Notes under the pieces: generated by a model
The model's database searches: none
What the model was told of the DNA's origin: nothing
The model's input: the letters and a program-made list of their open reading frames with translations, nothing else
In this document: positions 14,178-27,255 of the stretch, one piece after another
How positions within the stretch are numbered: the first letter of the stretch is position 1
How the letters are laid out: each line of letters begins with the position of its first letter
Program-made: the position numbers and the translations under genes
Assembly: GCA_030704615.1 (NCBI GenBank)
Contig: CM060732.1
Location: 5,890,001 to 5,954,000, forward strand
From: Takakia lepidozioides
Lineage: Eukaryota; Plantae; Bryophyta
Direction of reading: 5' to 3'
Length of the DNA: 64,000 bases

Positions 14178-17100
14178 TCAACGCTTCTTCCGCTTTTGAG
14201 GTCGTCGTTCGAAAGCTGCAACCGCCTCGGATGCGTTTCACATTTCTGAGGCACGCACCCAAGTTGCCTCGACTTGATGATAGCCTTTCCATTTCACGAG
14301 ATACTCCGTTTCTCGATTCTTGAACCTCCTCAACTTAAGCACTGCCTCCACCTCGTACTCAAGTTCATTTTCATGATCCAACAGCACAGGTGGCGGACGC
14401 AACACTTGATGCCGATTCGGACGCGTTTCATCTTTGAAGTAAGGCTTCAAAAGGGAGACGTGGAATACCAGATGCACTTTGTTGTTTGCCGGCAACTCCA
14501 ATTCATACACATCCTCATTCATAACCTTCCGGATGCGAAAGGGCCCCGCAACGGATGTACGAACTTCGGACTCACTTCCGGAGGTAGTCGAAAATTCTTG
14601 ATGTTCAACCAGACCTCCGTGTCTGCCTCAAACTTAACTTCTGTCCGCTTCCGATTCGCTTGCCGTTCATACCGTTTCTTAGCTTTGGCAATGTTGTACT
14701 TTGTGAGCTCCAACAAACGCTCGCGTTCTTCCAGCATCGCTGCTGCTGCTGCGCCGTTGTTCCTCAACGTCCGTCCTGGGCGGCCCAACTTGTCGGCACT
14801 AGAGGTGCTTTTCCATAGACCAATACGAAAGGGGAAACTCCCGTTGCAGAGTGTTTTGTGTTATTATAACATAACTCTGCCGCATCCAAGTGCTCCACCC
14901 ACCGTCTGATTGGTCTGCCGACACATAATTCCGCAAGATCTGCTTCACCACGGAATTCACTCTTCTTTCCGTTTGGCCGTCCGTCGTAGGTCGGAAGGCG
15001 GTGCTCATCTTGAGCCTCGTCCCTCGTCTCCTACGCCGTTGTCGCCTCCTTGGTGGGAATGAAATGGCCCATTTTACTGAACATATCCACCACCACCATG
15101 ATTGCATCGAATCCTTTTGACAGCGGCATAGCAGTCATGAAATCCATCGAGACATTTTCCCACGACCCCTCTGGAATCGGCAAGGGTTATAACAGCCCCG
15201 CTCTTTTTGTACTCGCTCCGGTTTTTTGGCATGTGGTGCATGTCTTGACATACTCCTCGGCCTCCTCCCTCAGTTTGGGCCAGAAATATTCTTTCTCAAA
15301 AGTGCCGCGGTGCGCTTGGCTCCGTCGTGGCCCGCAAGTGGGCCATCGTGGCATTCTCTCAAGAGACTATCTCTGATCCCTCCCTTCGGCACGTAGAACT
15401 TTTGCTTTTTTTTGTACCGGAGCAGTCCATTGGGCAAGTGGAACTGCGATTTAACCCCCATCCTCAAGCCCCGCATCACGGACTTCGCCATCTCATCCTT
15501 CCGGTAAGCCTTCCGGATCTTCCTTTGTAGCGTCGTCTCGCTCTTGTACACCAACATGAGCTATTGCTTTCTACTTAAAGCATAGGCCACCACATTGTCC
15601 CATCCCGTTTTGTACTGGATATCCACGTCAAACACTGCCAAGTGTCTTGCCACCTAAGTTGTTTTGGGGACAACTTAGGCTGCGTGGCAAAAATACTTCA
15701 CCGTGACATTGTCCGTGAACACCTTCACCACACGGTCCCGGGTTGGACCAACATAGTGGTGCCAAAGCTCAAGGCATGCACCACCCACCTTCATTTCTTT
15801 CTTGTGCGTAGGCCACCGTCGCTCCATTTCATTCAGTTTCTTACTTTTGTAAGCCATTGGACGTCCATCCTGCATGAGGACACTTCCAATCGCGAAGTCC
15901 GACGCATCCATATGAATCTCAAATGGACGGTCGAACTCCAAGATTTTCAGGACTGGAGCTTCCGCCATCCGCTGCTTCAACTCGGCAAAAGCTTGGCCAC
16001 AAAAGATGTTCCATACCCATACCTTGGACTTACACAGAAGGTCTGACAGCGGCCCCGCGATCTTGGCAAAATTTCTCACATACTTTCGGTAAATAGGAGG
16101 CGAGTCCTAGGAAGGATCGCACTCCCGAGACCGAAGTCAGAGGCTCCCAGTCCAAGATCGCCCTCACCTTTCTGTCATCCATTTTGATCCCATCCTGTGT
16201 AATCACATGCCCTAGGAACTCCACTTTTGTGACCCCGAATTCGCACTTTGAAGCCTTGGCATACAGCTTCCATTCCCGCAATTTCTGGAACACCCTTTTG
16301 AGGTGCTCCAGGTGCTCTTCCTTTGTTTTCGAGTACACCAAGATGTTGTCGATGTACACGATCACAAAGTCATCCAACCACTCCTAGAAAAGGCTATTTA
16401 TTAGCGTGCTAAAGGTCGCGGGTGCGTTGGTGAGCCCAAAAGGCATCACCAAGAACTCATATGAACCATATCTTGTCCTGCACGCGGTCTTCTCCTCATC
16501 TCCTTCCGCCACTCGAATTTGATGGTAACCCGAACGCAAATCGATCCGGCTGAAATACTTTGCTCCTGCCAACCGATTGAAGAGGTCGTCGATCCTTGGC
16601 AAAGGGTATCGGTTTTTTATAGTCACCTTATTCAGAGCCTTATAATCGACACACATCCGCAGCGTCCCATCCGTCTTGTCTGCGAATAGCACCGGGGCTC
16701 CATAAGGTGACTTACTTGGCCGGATGTACCCCTTTGACATTAGATCCTTGAGCTGGGCCTTCAGCACGACCAACTCTCTGTGGCTCAACTGGTAGGGCGC
16801 CTTGGCAGGTGGCTCCGATCCCGGTATCACCTCTATCTTGTGGTCAACTCCTCTTTGCGGTGGCAAGCCGCTTGGGAAATCCTCCGACATCACATCCTGG
16901 TATTTCTCCAGTATCCCCTTGATCCAATCTGGGCTCAGCTCCCTATCGACTTCTCTTTCCACTTGTCTTTGTAAAGCAAAAACTAGGACTCGTGTGGCTC
17001 CTCCACGGCCCACTCCTTTACTGACAGCAGGTTTATTCGCCCTCCTACTCGGTTGGGCGTTTCCGACACCCATAAAACTTTGCCACCATCCCTACACGGT

Positions 17101-19052
17101 AGCGTGACTACTCTCTTGCGGCCATCTATGACCGCTCCGGATTTGCTTAAAAAGGTCATCCCCAAAATGAGATCCACTCCATCGATCTTGCAAATGGTGA
17201 AGTTTTCACGTCCCTCCCAACTCCCCAGCTGAAGAGGAACATCGAATGCCAACCTCATCGCCAGTTGTGGTTCTCCTTTGGCAGAACGCACTTCAATAGA
17301 GCCCCCACATCACTTGTCGGGAGCCCCAGCTTCCGTGTCGTTGCCGGTGTCATGAAGGAGTGCGACGCTCCTGTGTCCACCAACAACGACACGTTAGTTC
17401 CGGAAATTATCCCACTCACAAACATTAACTGGCTCCTTTTACGCAAGGGGCCAGTCTCCTGATACAACTCACAAGAGTAGTTTCCTACCTTGCAAGTCTT
17501 GGCGACTACCGCCTCCACCAAGCGGCTGATGGAATCTTCAGACAGCTCCGCGGTCGCCCGAGTCATGTTCAATTATCGAGGTTTCACGCACTTCTTGGCC
17601 ATGTGCCCGGGCTCCCCGCAATTAAAGCACACTCCATCGAAGGTTGCCTTCTGTCCGCCATAAGCCGTCACACCTGATTTTCCTTTCGGAGCACCGGGTG
17701 CCGCCTTGACGTGTGAAGGCCCTCCCTTCGATTTCCATGTGCCATTGTCGCCGCGTGGCCTATCCCACTTCTTTTCCGGCCAGAAGGAGTCACCCTCCCG
17801 CCAAGTCTTCTTGTGGTTCAGCTCCGTATGGCCTTGTCTTTCGCCCCTAGGGACATCTGAGAAATATTCAGCCCTTTCAAATTGCCTCGTTCAAAATCTT
17901 AGGTGGCTTCTCCTCCAACTTCCGCCTGGCCCATGGGGCTAGTCCCACCACAAAGTTGAAGACCATTTCTGGTTCTGCCATATCCGCAACTTTGAGCAAC
18001 AGCACATTGAAAGCCTGATCATATCCCTGAATGTCGTCCGTTTGCTTCAATTCTCATCATCTTGTCTCAGGCGAGCCAGGACGCATTGAGGGGCACAAAC
18101 TGTCTTTTCATAAGTTCCTTGAACCCACTCCAGCTCAAGGTTTCTGGGTTTGGACCTTGGTCATGAAGGCGTTTCTGCCACCATTGTTGAGCATAGCCCC
18201 TCAAATAGGTGGGAGCCACTTCCACCCGATCCTCGTCACTCAACTTGGCCGCCCGGAAGTACTGCTCTAGCTCCAAGAGCAAGCTATTGAGTGCCTTCCG
18301 ATTTTGGACGCCCTCGAAGGTGTCGGGTTCCTTAGGCTTCACCTTAAACTTTGTCTTAGTGGAAGTGGCATTAGCCGCCTTCAACACGTCTTTCAACGTT
18401 CCGCCAAACTGCGTCAACAACCCTTCCCAAAAGACTGCTGGCATGGGAGGCATCTGTTGGTCTAGCGGAGCATCTGGGAAGTCCTCGGGCTCCAACTCCC
18501 TCAAAGTAGGTAGAGATCCTCACCTGGTTCCATCACAAGCCCCCACAAAAACCAATGGGTTAGTGAGGATTGTGGAACCCCAGGTGAATCACAGACCTTG
18601 TCAAAGAAAGAGAAACATATCACAAAGTCTAAAAACCATACACTCGCCCTCTACAGAGAGAGTTTGAGTTCCCTGAGCAAAAATCCAGATAATAAATTTG
18701 TAAAACCATCCCCTCTCCCTCTTCAGAGAGAGTTGAGTCCCGTCCCAGATAAAAAACATTTCAAACCCATCCATTCTCCCCCACTGGATTGGGCTTGAAT
18801 CCCCTAGATATGATGTGTCAGATTGGTTTTCAATTCTACTACGGTCTTGTAAATACTTTGAGCCTATGCTCGTATATCATTGGGAAATGATTGGATACTT
18901 TCAAATTCCTCCCGTTCTTGAGCGGCCTCACTTTCAGACGCATGAATTGCCTCCTCCAATTGCCGCTTTGGTGACACGTTGTCCCCACCGGGCTCACCAG
19001 GACCATCATCTTTTGGGCCGTTCCGCTTTCGCTTTGTCTTGCCCGACCCCAT
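14178..19052 (-). pseudogene. gag-pol of Gypsy copy 1 (frameshifts and stops)
   Basis: LLVDTGAS protease; RT LRMCVDY...[12 protein letters not shown]...VYIDN; RNase H DASDFAIG; chromodomain EYEVEAVL...EYLVKWKGY. Confidence 0.93.
18506..18900. mobile_element. ~395-bp insertion in gag of Gypsy copy 1
   Basis: Absent from copy 2. Flanked by direct TCAAA at 18501-18505 and 18901-18905. Confidence 0.55.
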
Positions 19053-20289
19053 GATGAGGCCGATCTCAAGAACGATTGCGTATTGAACACTAAGCTCTGA
19101 TACCAAGTGTCGCGCACCTCACTTCGGTAAGCTCCCCTTCAAGTCATAGTTACTCGCTTTGATGCGCGCGCCTAACTCCCAAATTGGCCGCCGGGCCAAC
19201 TCGGAGCTTCGGCTGCTCATCTGTACATAACGGTCCCTCTTTGCTCCTCCACAAGACCCTCTCTCACTTTGGGCCTAGTGGAAAATTCCCTTTGGTTGTT
19301 GGCAGTCCGGAACAGCTCCCCACACCTTGATCGCTTTCCGGCTCGCACGCTTACTCACTAGTTTTTGGTCACCAACGGGCTTGCACCGTTCTCGGGGTTA
19401 CTACTCCCTATATATACTTCTGTGACTGTCCGCGGGGGTTTCACAAATAACCCAGTCATTTTATGGTGAACCACCACGAAGACCCTCCATTCTCGGTGAT
19501 GAGTCGCGGTGAGTCTTGGCCCACCCACCACGGCCCCATTGGACCGTGATGAGTCCCAAGACTCCCCACGACTCCCACCACAAGGTCTCTGCCCCATGGT
19601 GAGTCCTATGTCACCCCCACTAAGACCCACTAAGCTACCACCACCCCTCGTGGAACCACCCCCACCGCAACCCGGTGTGCGGGGCTCCACCTAGTGAGCG
19701 CCTCCGCCTCCTTGAGTGCCTTGGGCACTCAAGGGTGCTTCAGCCCCCGTACGTATTGTTGCTACTGCCCCCACCACAGGGGCAACCCCTCTTGTGTCCC
19801 GACCCCCTGCCCGCAAAGGGCCCCGACATGATGATAGTTGATGATCATCACTTCTGCTAGATGGAGTTTAGGATTTATGATTTAGGGTTAGGGTTTGCGG
19901 TTTAGGGCTTAGGGCTTAGGGCTTAGGGTTTCCTTCCTCCCTTGTGTTGAAAAACAAGTCCCGCGGTTATATGACCCTCGGTTATAGGCGCCACATGTTT
20001 TCTGATGATGTGGCGATGTCAGTCGGAGTGCCACGTCAGCATACCCGCTCCACCTCAGCATGCTCACACCATATACACTGATGTGAGCATAGGCTCACAT
20101 GCTCATGCGCGGGGCTCACGCCGTTGCATCGTTGCTTTTCCAGACTTATTGAGTGTTGCAGACACTGTCAAATCCTCTAGCCCCAATGTCAAAACCCAAA
20201 CATCTTTGACCTAACTATCTGGATTGATATTGTGAACATGTAATCCTTTGGTCATTTGACTTCATATTCTTCTTCCCCACTAGATCCTC

Positions 20290-21133
20290 CTACTAGGTAG
20301 CGATTTAAAGCGTCAACATTTCCATGCTTAGCTCATGGTCTGTGAACAATCTTAAAATTGTAATCCTATAACATCATTATCCACCTACCTCTCTTTCCAT
20401 AGGCATCGCTAACCATAGCCAGCCATTCTATGATCAGTCCTTACCGTGAATGGTGTACCATAGAGGTACCGTCGGAAGTGCAGGATGCCCCACACCAGTG
20501 CATAGCGCTCGCCCTCCATGGGATGATATCTTTTCTGAACATCTGTCAACGCCTTGCTTGCATATGCAATTACATGTTCTTTACGACGATCTTTCTGTGA
20601 CAGTATTGCCCCTACCCCCTTTGTACTCCAATCAACATCAAATATAAAGGGTTTAGTGAAATCGGGCCTTACTAGGATCGGTGCATTCTGCAGCTTGAGG
20701 ATCAATGCCTCAAAGTCATTTTGTGCTTCTGCGTTCCATTGGAATGTTGGCTCCTTCTTTGTGAGTTCAAAGAGTGGCACCCTAGTGCTTGCGTATCCCT
20801 AGATGTAATCTTTGTAGTAATTGGTCACCCCAACAAAGCTCTTCACAGCTGTGGGGGTCTTTGGTATTGGGAAACATTGAATTGCTACCATTTTGTTTGG
20901 GTCAGGCCTTACCCCTTCCTTGGAAATGACATGTCCCAAGAAAACCATTTCTTGCCTGCCTAATTCACACTTACTGGGATTCGGCTTCAGATTATGATGC
21001 CTGAGTTTCTTGAGGATGACATCCAAGTGCTGTAAATGATCTTCTCATGTTGCACTATGTATATTTATTTATGTCATCAACAAAGACTTTTGCAAAAGTC
21101 TTTAACTCATCATGAAGTATGACATTCATAGCC
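20290..21133 (-). mobile_element. Older Gypsy RT/RNase H fragment
   Basis: ORFs 20799-21026 (KPNPSKCE...FLGHVIS) and 20409-20780 (DWSTKGVGAILSQ...VIAYASKAL...VRTDH). Confidence 0.85.
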
Positions 21134-22959
21134 CTGTCGTGCACCTAAGCATCGTGCCACAACATACATCGTTGTCCACCACACAATCTAAGCACACAAT
21201 CCTAGAAAGCTATACCACAATGATAATGGAAGTGAACACACAATGGAAACACTCCACTCATGAATCCACTCAATCACATAAACTAAGTCAAGCCAAGGGC
21301 ACCTTTGCTAAAGGAATCCACCCTACAAAGCCCTCACCACACTCCCTCTCAATACCTAGAGCTTTGGAGGTGGGAGAGGCTCATGGAGGCTCAACTACAA
21401 GAAGATGAGCCTCCTCAACACGCCACAGCCGTACTAAGTCCTCTATCACTGTCCCTATTGTACTCAAACTCTATAGACCAAGAGGCCGGGTACAAGAGCA
21501 ACCCCATCGTTAGTCGCCGTCTTGCAATCTGTGAACTTAAGTCAGGATCTCGTGTGTTGGTCTCCTAGTAGCTTGGCCTTGCATTTCTTGTTAGCCTTCC
21601 ATGGTTGTATCCACTCCCACCATCCAATGCAGTGCGGACATAACCAATCCCCATCAGGAACCATCTCAAGAGGTGGAGTCAAGCATCCCATATGCCAACC
21701 TCTAGAGCATTGATCACACACCAGCATGGTGGCTGCCCCTCTAGCAGACCCACACAACATGCACCTCAAACTTGCAGGTACCACTGCCAGGTTTGGGTCA
21801 ACCCTTCCATCAACATTTGGAAGGTGACATGGCGCGCAATTACGCACATGAACCTTCCAAATCATGCCATCCCGACCCTCCAAGATCAGGACTCCTGAGG
21901 GAACACCTCTCGAACCCTCAAAATAGTACGTCTTGCAGTCACATCCAAGGTCGTAGGAGCAGTTTGCTGCAGATAAACATAGTCACCAGGGTTAAATCTC
22001 CGAACCCCAGGATGATAGCCCCCACACGTATGGTAGCATACCTCAACGTATCACGATGTTGTGCAATGGCAAGGTTCTCGAAAGCCATGGGCATGACTTT
22101 CTTGAACAACTCTGCATGCTGATCACATGCACGTGCCCACATGTCCGGATTGTCAAGGTTGAGAACTGTAGCAACTTCTCTACGAATGGATGCAGGCAAA
22201 TCCGGCTCTCGGCCAAAGAGAAGAAAGTATGGTGAGAAGGAGGCAAGTGATGCTTGTTTGCTGAACCTGTAGCCCATGGCTAACCAAGGTAACTGAAGGT
22301 CCCAATCTCCTAGGTGTCCCTTCTGCAAGCCATACTTGCGCAAACCCCTCTTCACTGTCTGAACAACCCTCTCTGCCAAGCCATCGGCCTCAGGATGATC
22401 CCGAGAAGTGGTGCGGTGGTCTACCAAGGCCTTGTCACACAACGCCTGAAACTCCCCCAAGAACTCTCTCCCTTGGTCCGTGAGTACCTCAGCTGGAGCA
22501 CCGAATTGGCTAAGTACACAATCCAAGAATGCATACGCAACTCCCTCACTAGCCTTATCAGGCAATGGAACCAACTCGATCCACTTGGAGAAGTGCTCCA
22601 CCATCACCAACACGTACTTGTTGTGGCGCATGGTCAGTGGCAACGGCCTCGCGAAGTCAAGACTCCACCTGTAGCCCAATCCCATGATCGGAAGAGGGTG
22701 CAATTGTGGAGTAGGGGCGTTGAATGAAGCACGCACCCTGTTACACCATGCACCTAGCCACAAATTGTTGCACTTCTATGTGCATACCACGCCACCAATA
22801 CTGCTCTTGCAGTGGACTATGAGTGCGTCACATCCCAAAATGCCCCAACTCCTCATGGGCATGCCGCACTAACCGTGCCCGCTGTGTTGGGTGAGGCACA
22901 ATCCTCACTCGACCATCCTCCCACACTCAGAGCAGGTGTGTCCCCTCCCACTTGAACAA
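21134..22959 (-). mobile_element. 3' part of a Gypsy element whose integrase ends in a PHD finger, with probable 3' LTR at about 21134-21530
   Basis: rve core (WSLDFA...LTDQGREF...DGLAERVVQ) in 21939-22763. C4HC3 motif CMLC...CDQCSRGWHMGC...WLCPHC in 21542-21883. TGTCG at 21134 as the LTR boundary. Confidence 0.85.
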
Positions 22960-23448
22960 GGTTAGCTATTTCATGAGCATGAGCGGCATGAGCGGAGTAG
23001 CAAGACAATCGGTTTTCATGAGCAGAAGTACAAATTTTGGAAATAAAAAACATTAAAAACATTATTTTTAATGGAATGTGTCAGAAAAAACCAATATAAT
23101 ATTCATTATTTGAAGTAAAAATTGTAGTTTTGAGAGCCATGCTCATGATATTTTGTCTTCCGCTCATGTGAATTCCGAGCGACATCTGCAAAAATGGCGC
23201 CGAATTTCGCGGTAATAGGTTCCGCAACCGGAGAAAGCTGCGACGTATTTCGCGGTAATAGGTGTCTCCGGCGAAAAATGGTGCCGAATTTTGCAGCTCG
23301 CAACTATAGGTCCCAACATGGCAGGTGTGTAAGCCCAAAATTTGAAAATGTGGCGCCGAATTTTGGTACATGGTGCCGGGGATTGCACAGATGTTGGGCA
23401 GTTCTTGGGCCATGTAACTGGAGATTCGGCGCCATTTTCTCAGACATC

Positions 23449-25038
23449 GGACTTGCGGTGCTCGACGAGACCTCCTCGGGCAACATCACGGGACCACGAG
23501 GGAGCGTGCGAATATTCTTGTCAGCTCGCCATGAATCGTCTTCTCCGCCAGGTGCCTCGTCAAGTCTTCGTCTCACTGGACGGGTGTGAACATCTCCTTT
23601 CAAGTGTTGGCCACTTCGAAGCAATGGCGTGCCCCGAAGGCCCTCTCGCAAGGCTGCCGCTCACTTGCGAGGATTCTTCGATTTGGAGGCAGTCTGCATC
23701 AGCATTTCCTGCCTGTCCGGCCCTAAGCCCCACTGTTTCTCTTTCAAGATCTCGTTGTACCTGCATTGCTGCATAATTGACCTGACAATGTCCTCCGTTG
23801 TGGCAATGAGGATGTCCACCAGATGCGCCGCAGAGGAGGCACGCCAGGAAGAATGTACTGATTCGGCCATGTTTGTTGTCGGCATGTCGGTGTTGGAGTC
23901 GAGACACATTTCCTGCACATGCACATGTTCAGGTTACAAGCAAATTACAAATAATGGGTAGCTAGCATAATATTCAACGGGACGCAAATTTGTCCAACTC
24001 ACCTCCCGCATATAGTCGCCAAACTGGAGGAAACGATAATGCCACCATGCTAGCCAACTGACCATTGCTCCCTCGTCTGATTTCCTTACAGCACCTGACG
24101 TTGTCCACCAAGCCCGTATACATGCAAACTGTGTCTCTGCATCATCCAAGGTGGGAGCACACTTCCACGCAAGACACATGGAACGGTGCTCCTCTCTGAA
24201 ATCTGGCGCCACGAGCCTGGTTGTGTACTGCGACAAGCTCTGCAGAAAATGGAACCCACAAGATCTCTCCTTGCTTTTCATCGGAACATTGGGGTCTTCC
24301 CCGTACACCCTTCGAATGGCAGCCCAATTTGCTTGTGCGTTATCCGCCATGAAACCACTAAAATTGGGAGGGGGAAATCCTGCCCTGGCCATCTGTTCGT
24401 TTATTCCCTGCCAAAGAAGCATCTCCGATTGTGTGTCCTCTCCTTTCATCTCACAAATAACAATTGTCATTAGCATCCTGCAGTGGGTGTCGTAGACATG
24501 TGCACCCATTGTCACCCACTGGTGATTTGTAATTCGCTTGATATGGTCGAACATGACCCAACTGTTTGACAAGTCCCCACTCGTCATCTGGTGGACCAGT
24601 TCGACGCCGCTGCCAGGCCCACACGTTGACATTTTGAATACGAAACAACGATCTGCCTCAGTCCCTTGTCCTGGAAATCTACTTCCATGAATGTAGTCAT
24701 ATCCACATCGTCGCTTCACCTCCAGAATGGAGTGCATATCCGAGCCACGCCCAATTCTCTGTTTGCAGGAGACAATGTGGTTTCGGACATTCGGTGAACA
24801 GACGTGGAACACCGACTCCAGCAATGCCTCCATTTCCTTCTCATCGAGAGGAACTCTGTCGGAGCCGTCTTCCGACATAATTCTGGCCAATGCCATCTTA
24901 TGGGCGGCCTGCAGCTGTATCTGTTTGGGTTTGGCACCAGGTCTCAACTTAACCTCCTCCTGAACGAGCTGCTCTGCCTCGTGGGCAGCCTCCCGCGAGT
25001 TACCCCTCGTCAATTTGACACAATGGGAACCAACGTGT
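23449..25038 (-). pseudogene. Mutator-like (MULE) DDE transposase, copy A (5' and 3' truncated)
   Basis: D1 WVMFDH, D2 FMADN, CxxH CGFH, E NMAES. Intron 24002-23913. Premature TGA (W in copy B) at about 23661. Confidence 0.8.
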
Positions 25039-26670
25039 CGGATGAAGTCGTCTCAGGCGGACAGGCCGACACCTGGCCGACAGAGAATATCCCTCGGATG
25101 GAAAAACGGCGCCGAATTTCCATTAGAGGCCGTTCGGATGAAGTTATCTCGGGGGGAGAGGCCGACACCTGGCCGACAGAAAACATCCCACGGATGGAAA
25201 AATGGCGCCGAATTTCAATACGAGGCCCGTCAGATGAAGTCGTCTCGGAGGAGAGGCCGACACCTGGCCGACAGAGAACATCCCTCGGATGGAAAAACGG
25301 CGCCGAATCTCCAATGAGGCCGTTCGGATGAAGTTGTCTCGGGGGTAGAGGCCGACACCTGGCCTACAGAGAATCTCCCCCGGATGCCAAAATGGCGCCG
25401 AATTTCCATCCGAGGCCGTTCGGATGAAGTTGTCTTGCGGGGAGAGGCCGACACCTGGCCGACAGAGAACATCCCACGGATGGAAAAATGGCGCCGAATT
25501 TCCATACGAGGCCCGTCGGGTGAAGTCGTCTCGGGGGGAGAGGCCGACACCTGGCCGACATAGAACATCCACCTGGCCGACAGAGAATATCCATCGGATG
25601 GAAAAAAGACGCCGAATTTCCATCCGAGGCCGTTCGGATGAAGTCGTCTCGTGGGGAGAGGACGACACCTGGCCGACAGAGAACATCCCTCGGATGGAAA
25701 AACGGCGCCGAATTTCCATCCGAGGCCGTTTGGATGAAGTCGTCTCGTGGGGAGAGGACGCCACCTGCCCGACAGAGAACATCCCCCGGATGGAAAAACG
25801 GCGCCGAATTTCCATCCGAGGCCGTTCGGATGAAGTCGTCTCGGGGGGTGAGGCCGATACCTGGCCGACAGAGAACATCCCCCGGATAGAAAAACGGCGC
25901 CGAATTTCCATCCGAGGCCCGTCGGATGAAGTCGTCTCGGGGGGAGAGGCGGACACCTAGCCGACAGAGAATATCCCCCGGATGGAAAAACGGCGCCGAA
26001 TTTCCATTCGAGGCCCGTCGGATGAAGTCGTATTGGGGGGAGAGGCCGACACCTGGCCGACAGAGAATATCCCCCGGATGGAAAAACGGCGCCAAATTTC
26101 CATCCGAGGCCGTTCGGATGAAGTCGTCTCATGGGGAGAGGACGACACCTGCCCGACAGAGAACATCCCCCGGATGGAAAAACGGCGCCGAATTTCCATC
26201 CGAGGCCGTTCGGATGAAGTCGTCTCGGGGGGAGAGGCTGACACCTGGCCGACAGAGAACATCTCCCGGATGTTAAAACGGCGCCGAATTTCCATCCGAG
26301 GCCGTTCGGATGAAGTCGTCTCGGGGGGAGAGGCGGACACCTGGCCGACAGAGAACATCCCCCGGATGGAAAAGCGGCGCCGAATTTCCATTCGAGGCCC
26401 GCCGGATGAAGTCGTCTCGGGGGGAGAGGCCGACACCTGGCCGACAGAAAACATCCCCCGGATGGAAAAACGGCGCCGAATTTCAGGACGAGGCCCGTCG
26501 GATGAAGTCGTCTCGGGGGGAGAGGCCGACATCTAGCCGACAGAGAACATCCCTCGAATGGAAAAACGGCGCCGTACTTCCATCCAAGGACGCACGGATG
26601 GAGTCATCTCGGGGGGATTGGCCGAAAGAGATCATCTGCAGGATGGAAAAACGGCGCCGAATATCCATCA
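25039..26670. repeat. Tandem array of ~17 x 96-bp units, each with a hairpin CGGATGGAAA-AACGGCGCCGAA-TTTCCATCCG
   Basis: Unit starts at 25039, 25135, 25231 ... 26499, 26595. Confidence 0.95.
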
Positions 26671-26809
26671 ACAGACGCCCGTATCAACCCTTCATCAACA
26701 ATTTTGATTCGTTTTTCGTGTTTTTTTGTCTAATCAGTCACTCAACTTAGAGTTTTTCGCCTGCGATCCACTTTTTGGCACATTATGCCCACCAATGTCA
26801 TCCGGTAGA

Positions 26810-27255
26810 GACAAATTCGGTGGCGGATTTCCATCCATGAGGTGGACCGATTTACTTGCAGGATGGAAATTCGGCGCTGGTCTTCCATCCTGCAGCCCTC
26901 CGGTTTACCTGCAGGATGGAAATTCGGCGCCGGTTTTCCATCCTGCAGCGCTCCGGTTTACCTGCAGGATGGAAATTCTGCGCCGGTTTTCCATCCTACA
27001 ACCCTCCGGTTTACCTGTAGGATGGAAATTCGGCACCGGTTTTCCATCCGGCCGCGCTCCCGCTTGCCTACAGGATGGAAATTCGGCGCCGGTTTTCCAT
27101 CCTACAGCGCTCCGGTTTACCCGCAGGATGGAAATTCGGCGCCAGTTTTCCATCCGGCTGCTTTTGGATGAGAACGTCTCGGGCAGAGGGAGGGCCACGG
27201 TGCGTCCCACTTCATCCGCTGAATGGAAATTCGGCGTCATTTTTTTTCCATCCAG
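26810..27255. repeat. Tandem array of ~6-8 x 53-bp units with hairpin GCAGGATGGAAA-TTCGGCGCCGGT-TTTCCATCCTGC
   Basis: Unit starts at 26858, 26911, 26964, 27017, 27070 and 27123. Confidence 0.9.

Larger units (their letters stand above)
12553..19828 (-). mobile_element. Full-length but decayed Ty3/Gypsy chromovirus, copy 1
   Basis: LTRs 12553-13275 and 19108-19828 (TGTCG...CGACA). 5-bp TSD TGATG at 12548-12552 and 19829-19833. tRNA-Met PBS TGGTATCAGAGC at 19105-19094. Order gag-PR-RT-RH-INT-chromodomain. Confidence 0.95.
12211..19930. mobile_element. Small (~440 bp when empty) foldback element with telomere-like terminal repeats, interrupted by Gypsy copy 1
   Basis: ~100-bp inverted ends: (CCCTAA/CCCTAAA)n...CTCCATCTA on the left and TAGATGGAG...(TTAGGG)n on the right. 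Internal 24-bp palindrome GTGATGATCGTCGACGATCATCAC at 12288, 12344, 12438 and 12494, plus one degenerate copy split by the Gypsy. Confidence 0.7.
11288..20132. mobile_element. Putative non-autonomous derivative of the MULE family (termini D and E), hosting nested insertions
   Basis: Left end GGGATGCCTCCGCGTGAGC versus right end (reverse complement) ACGATGCAACGGCGTGAGC, 14/19 identical. Both have nearby CACGTCAGC/TGAGC motifs like terminus 59507. Only a degenerate candidate 9-bp TSD (CTTTCCCTG / CTTTTCCAG). Confidence 0.45.

Noticed and set aside
25015-26750. Long repetitive ORFs on both strands
   Set aside because: Artefact of a 96-bp (multiple of 3) GC-rich tandem unit. A TGA in the first unit prevents fusion to the transposase frame.
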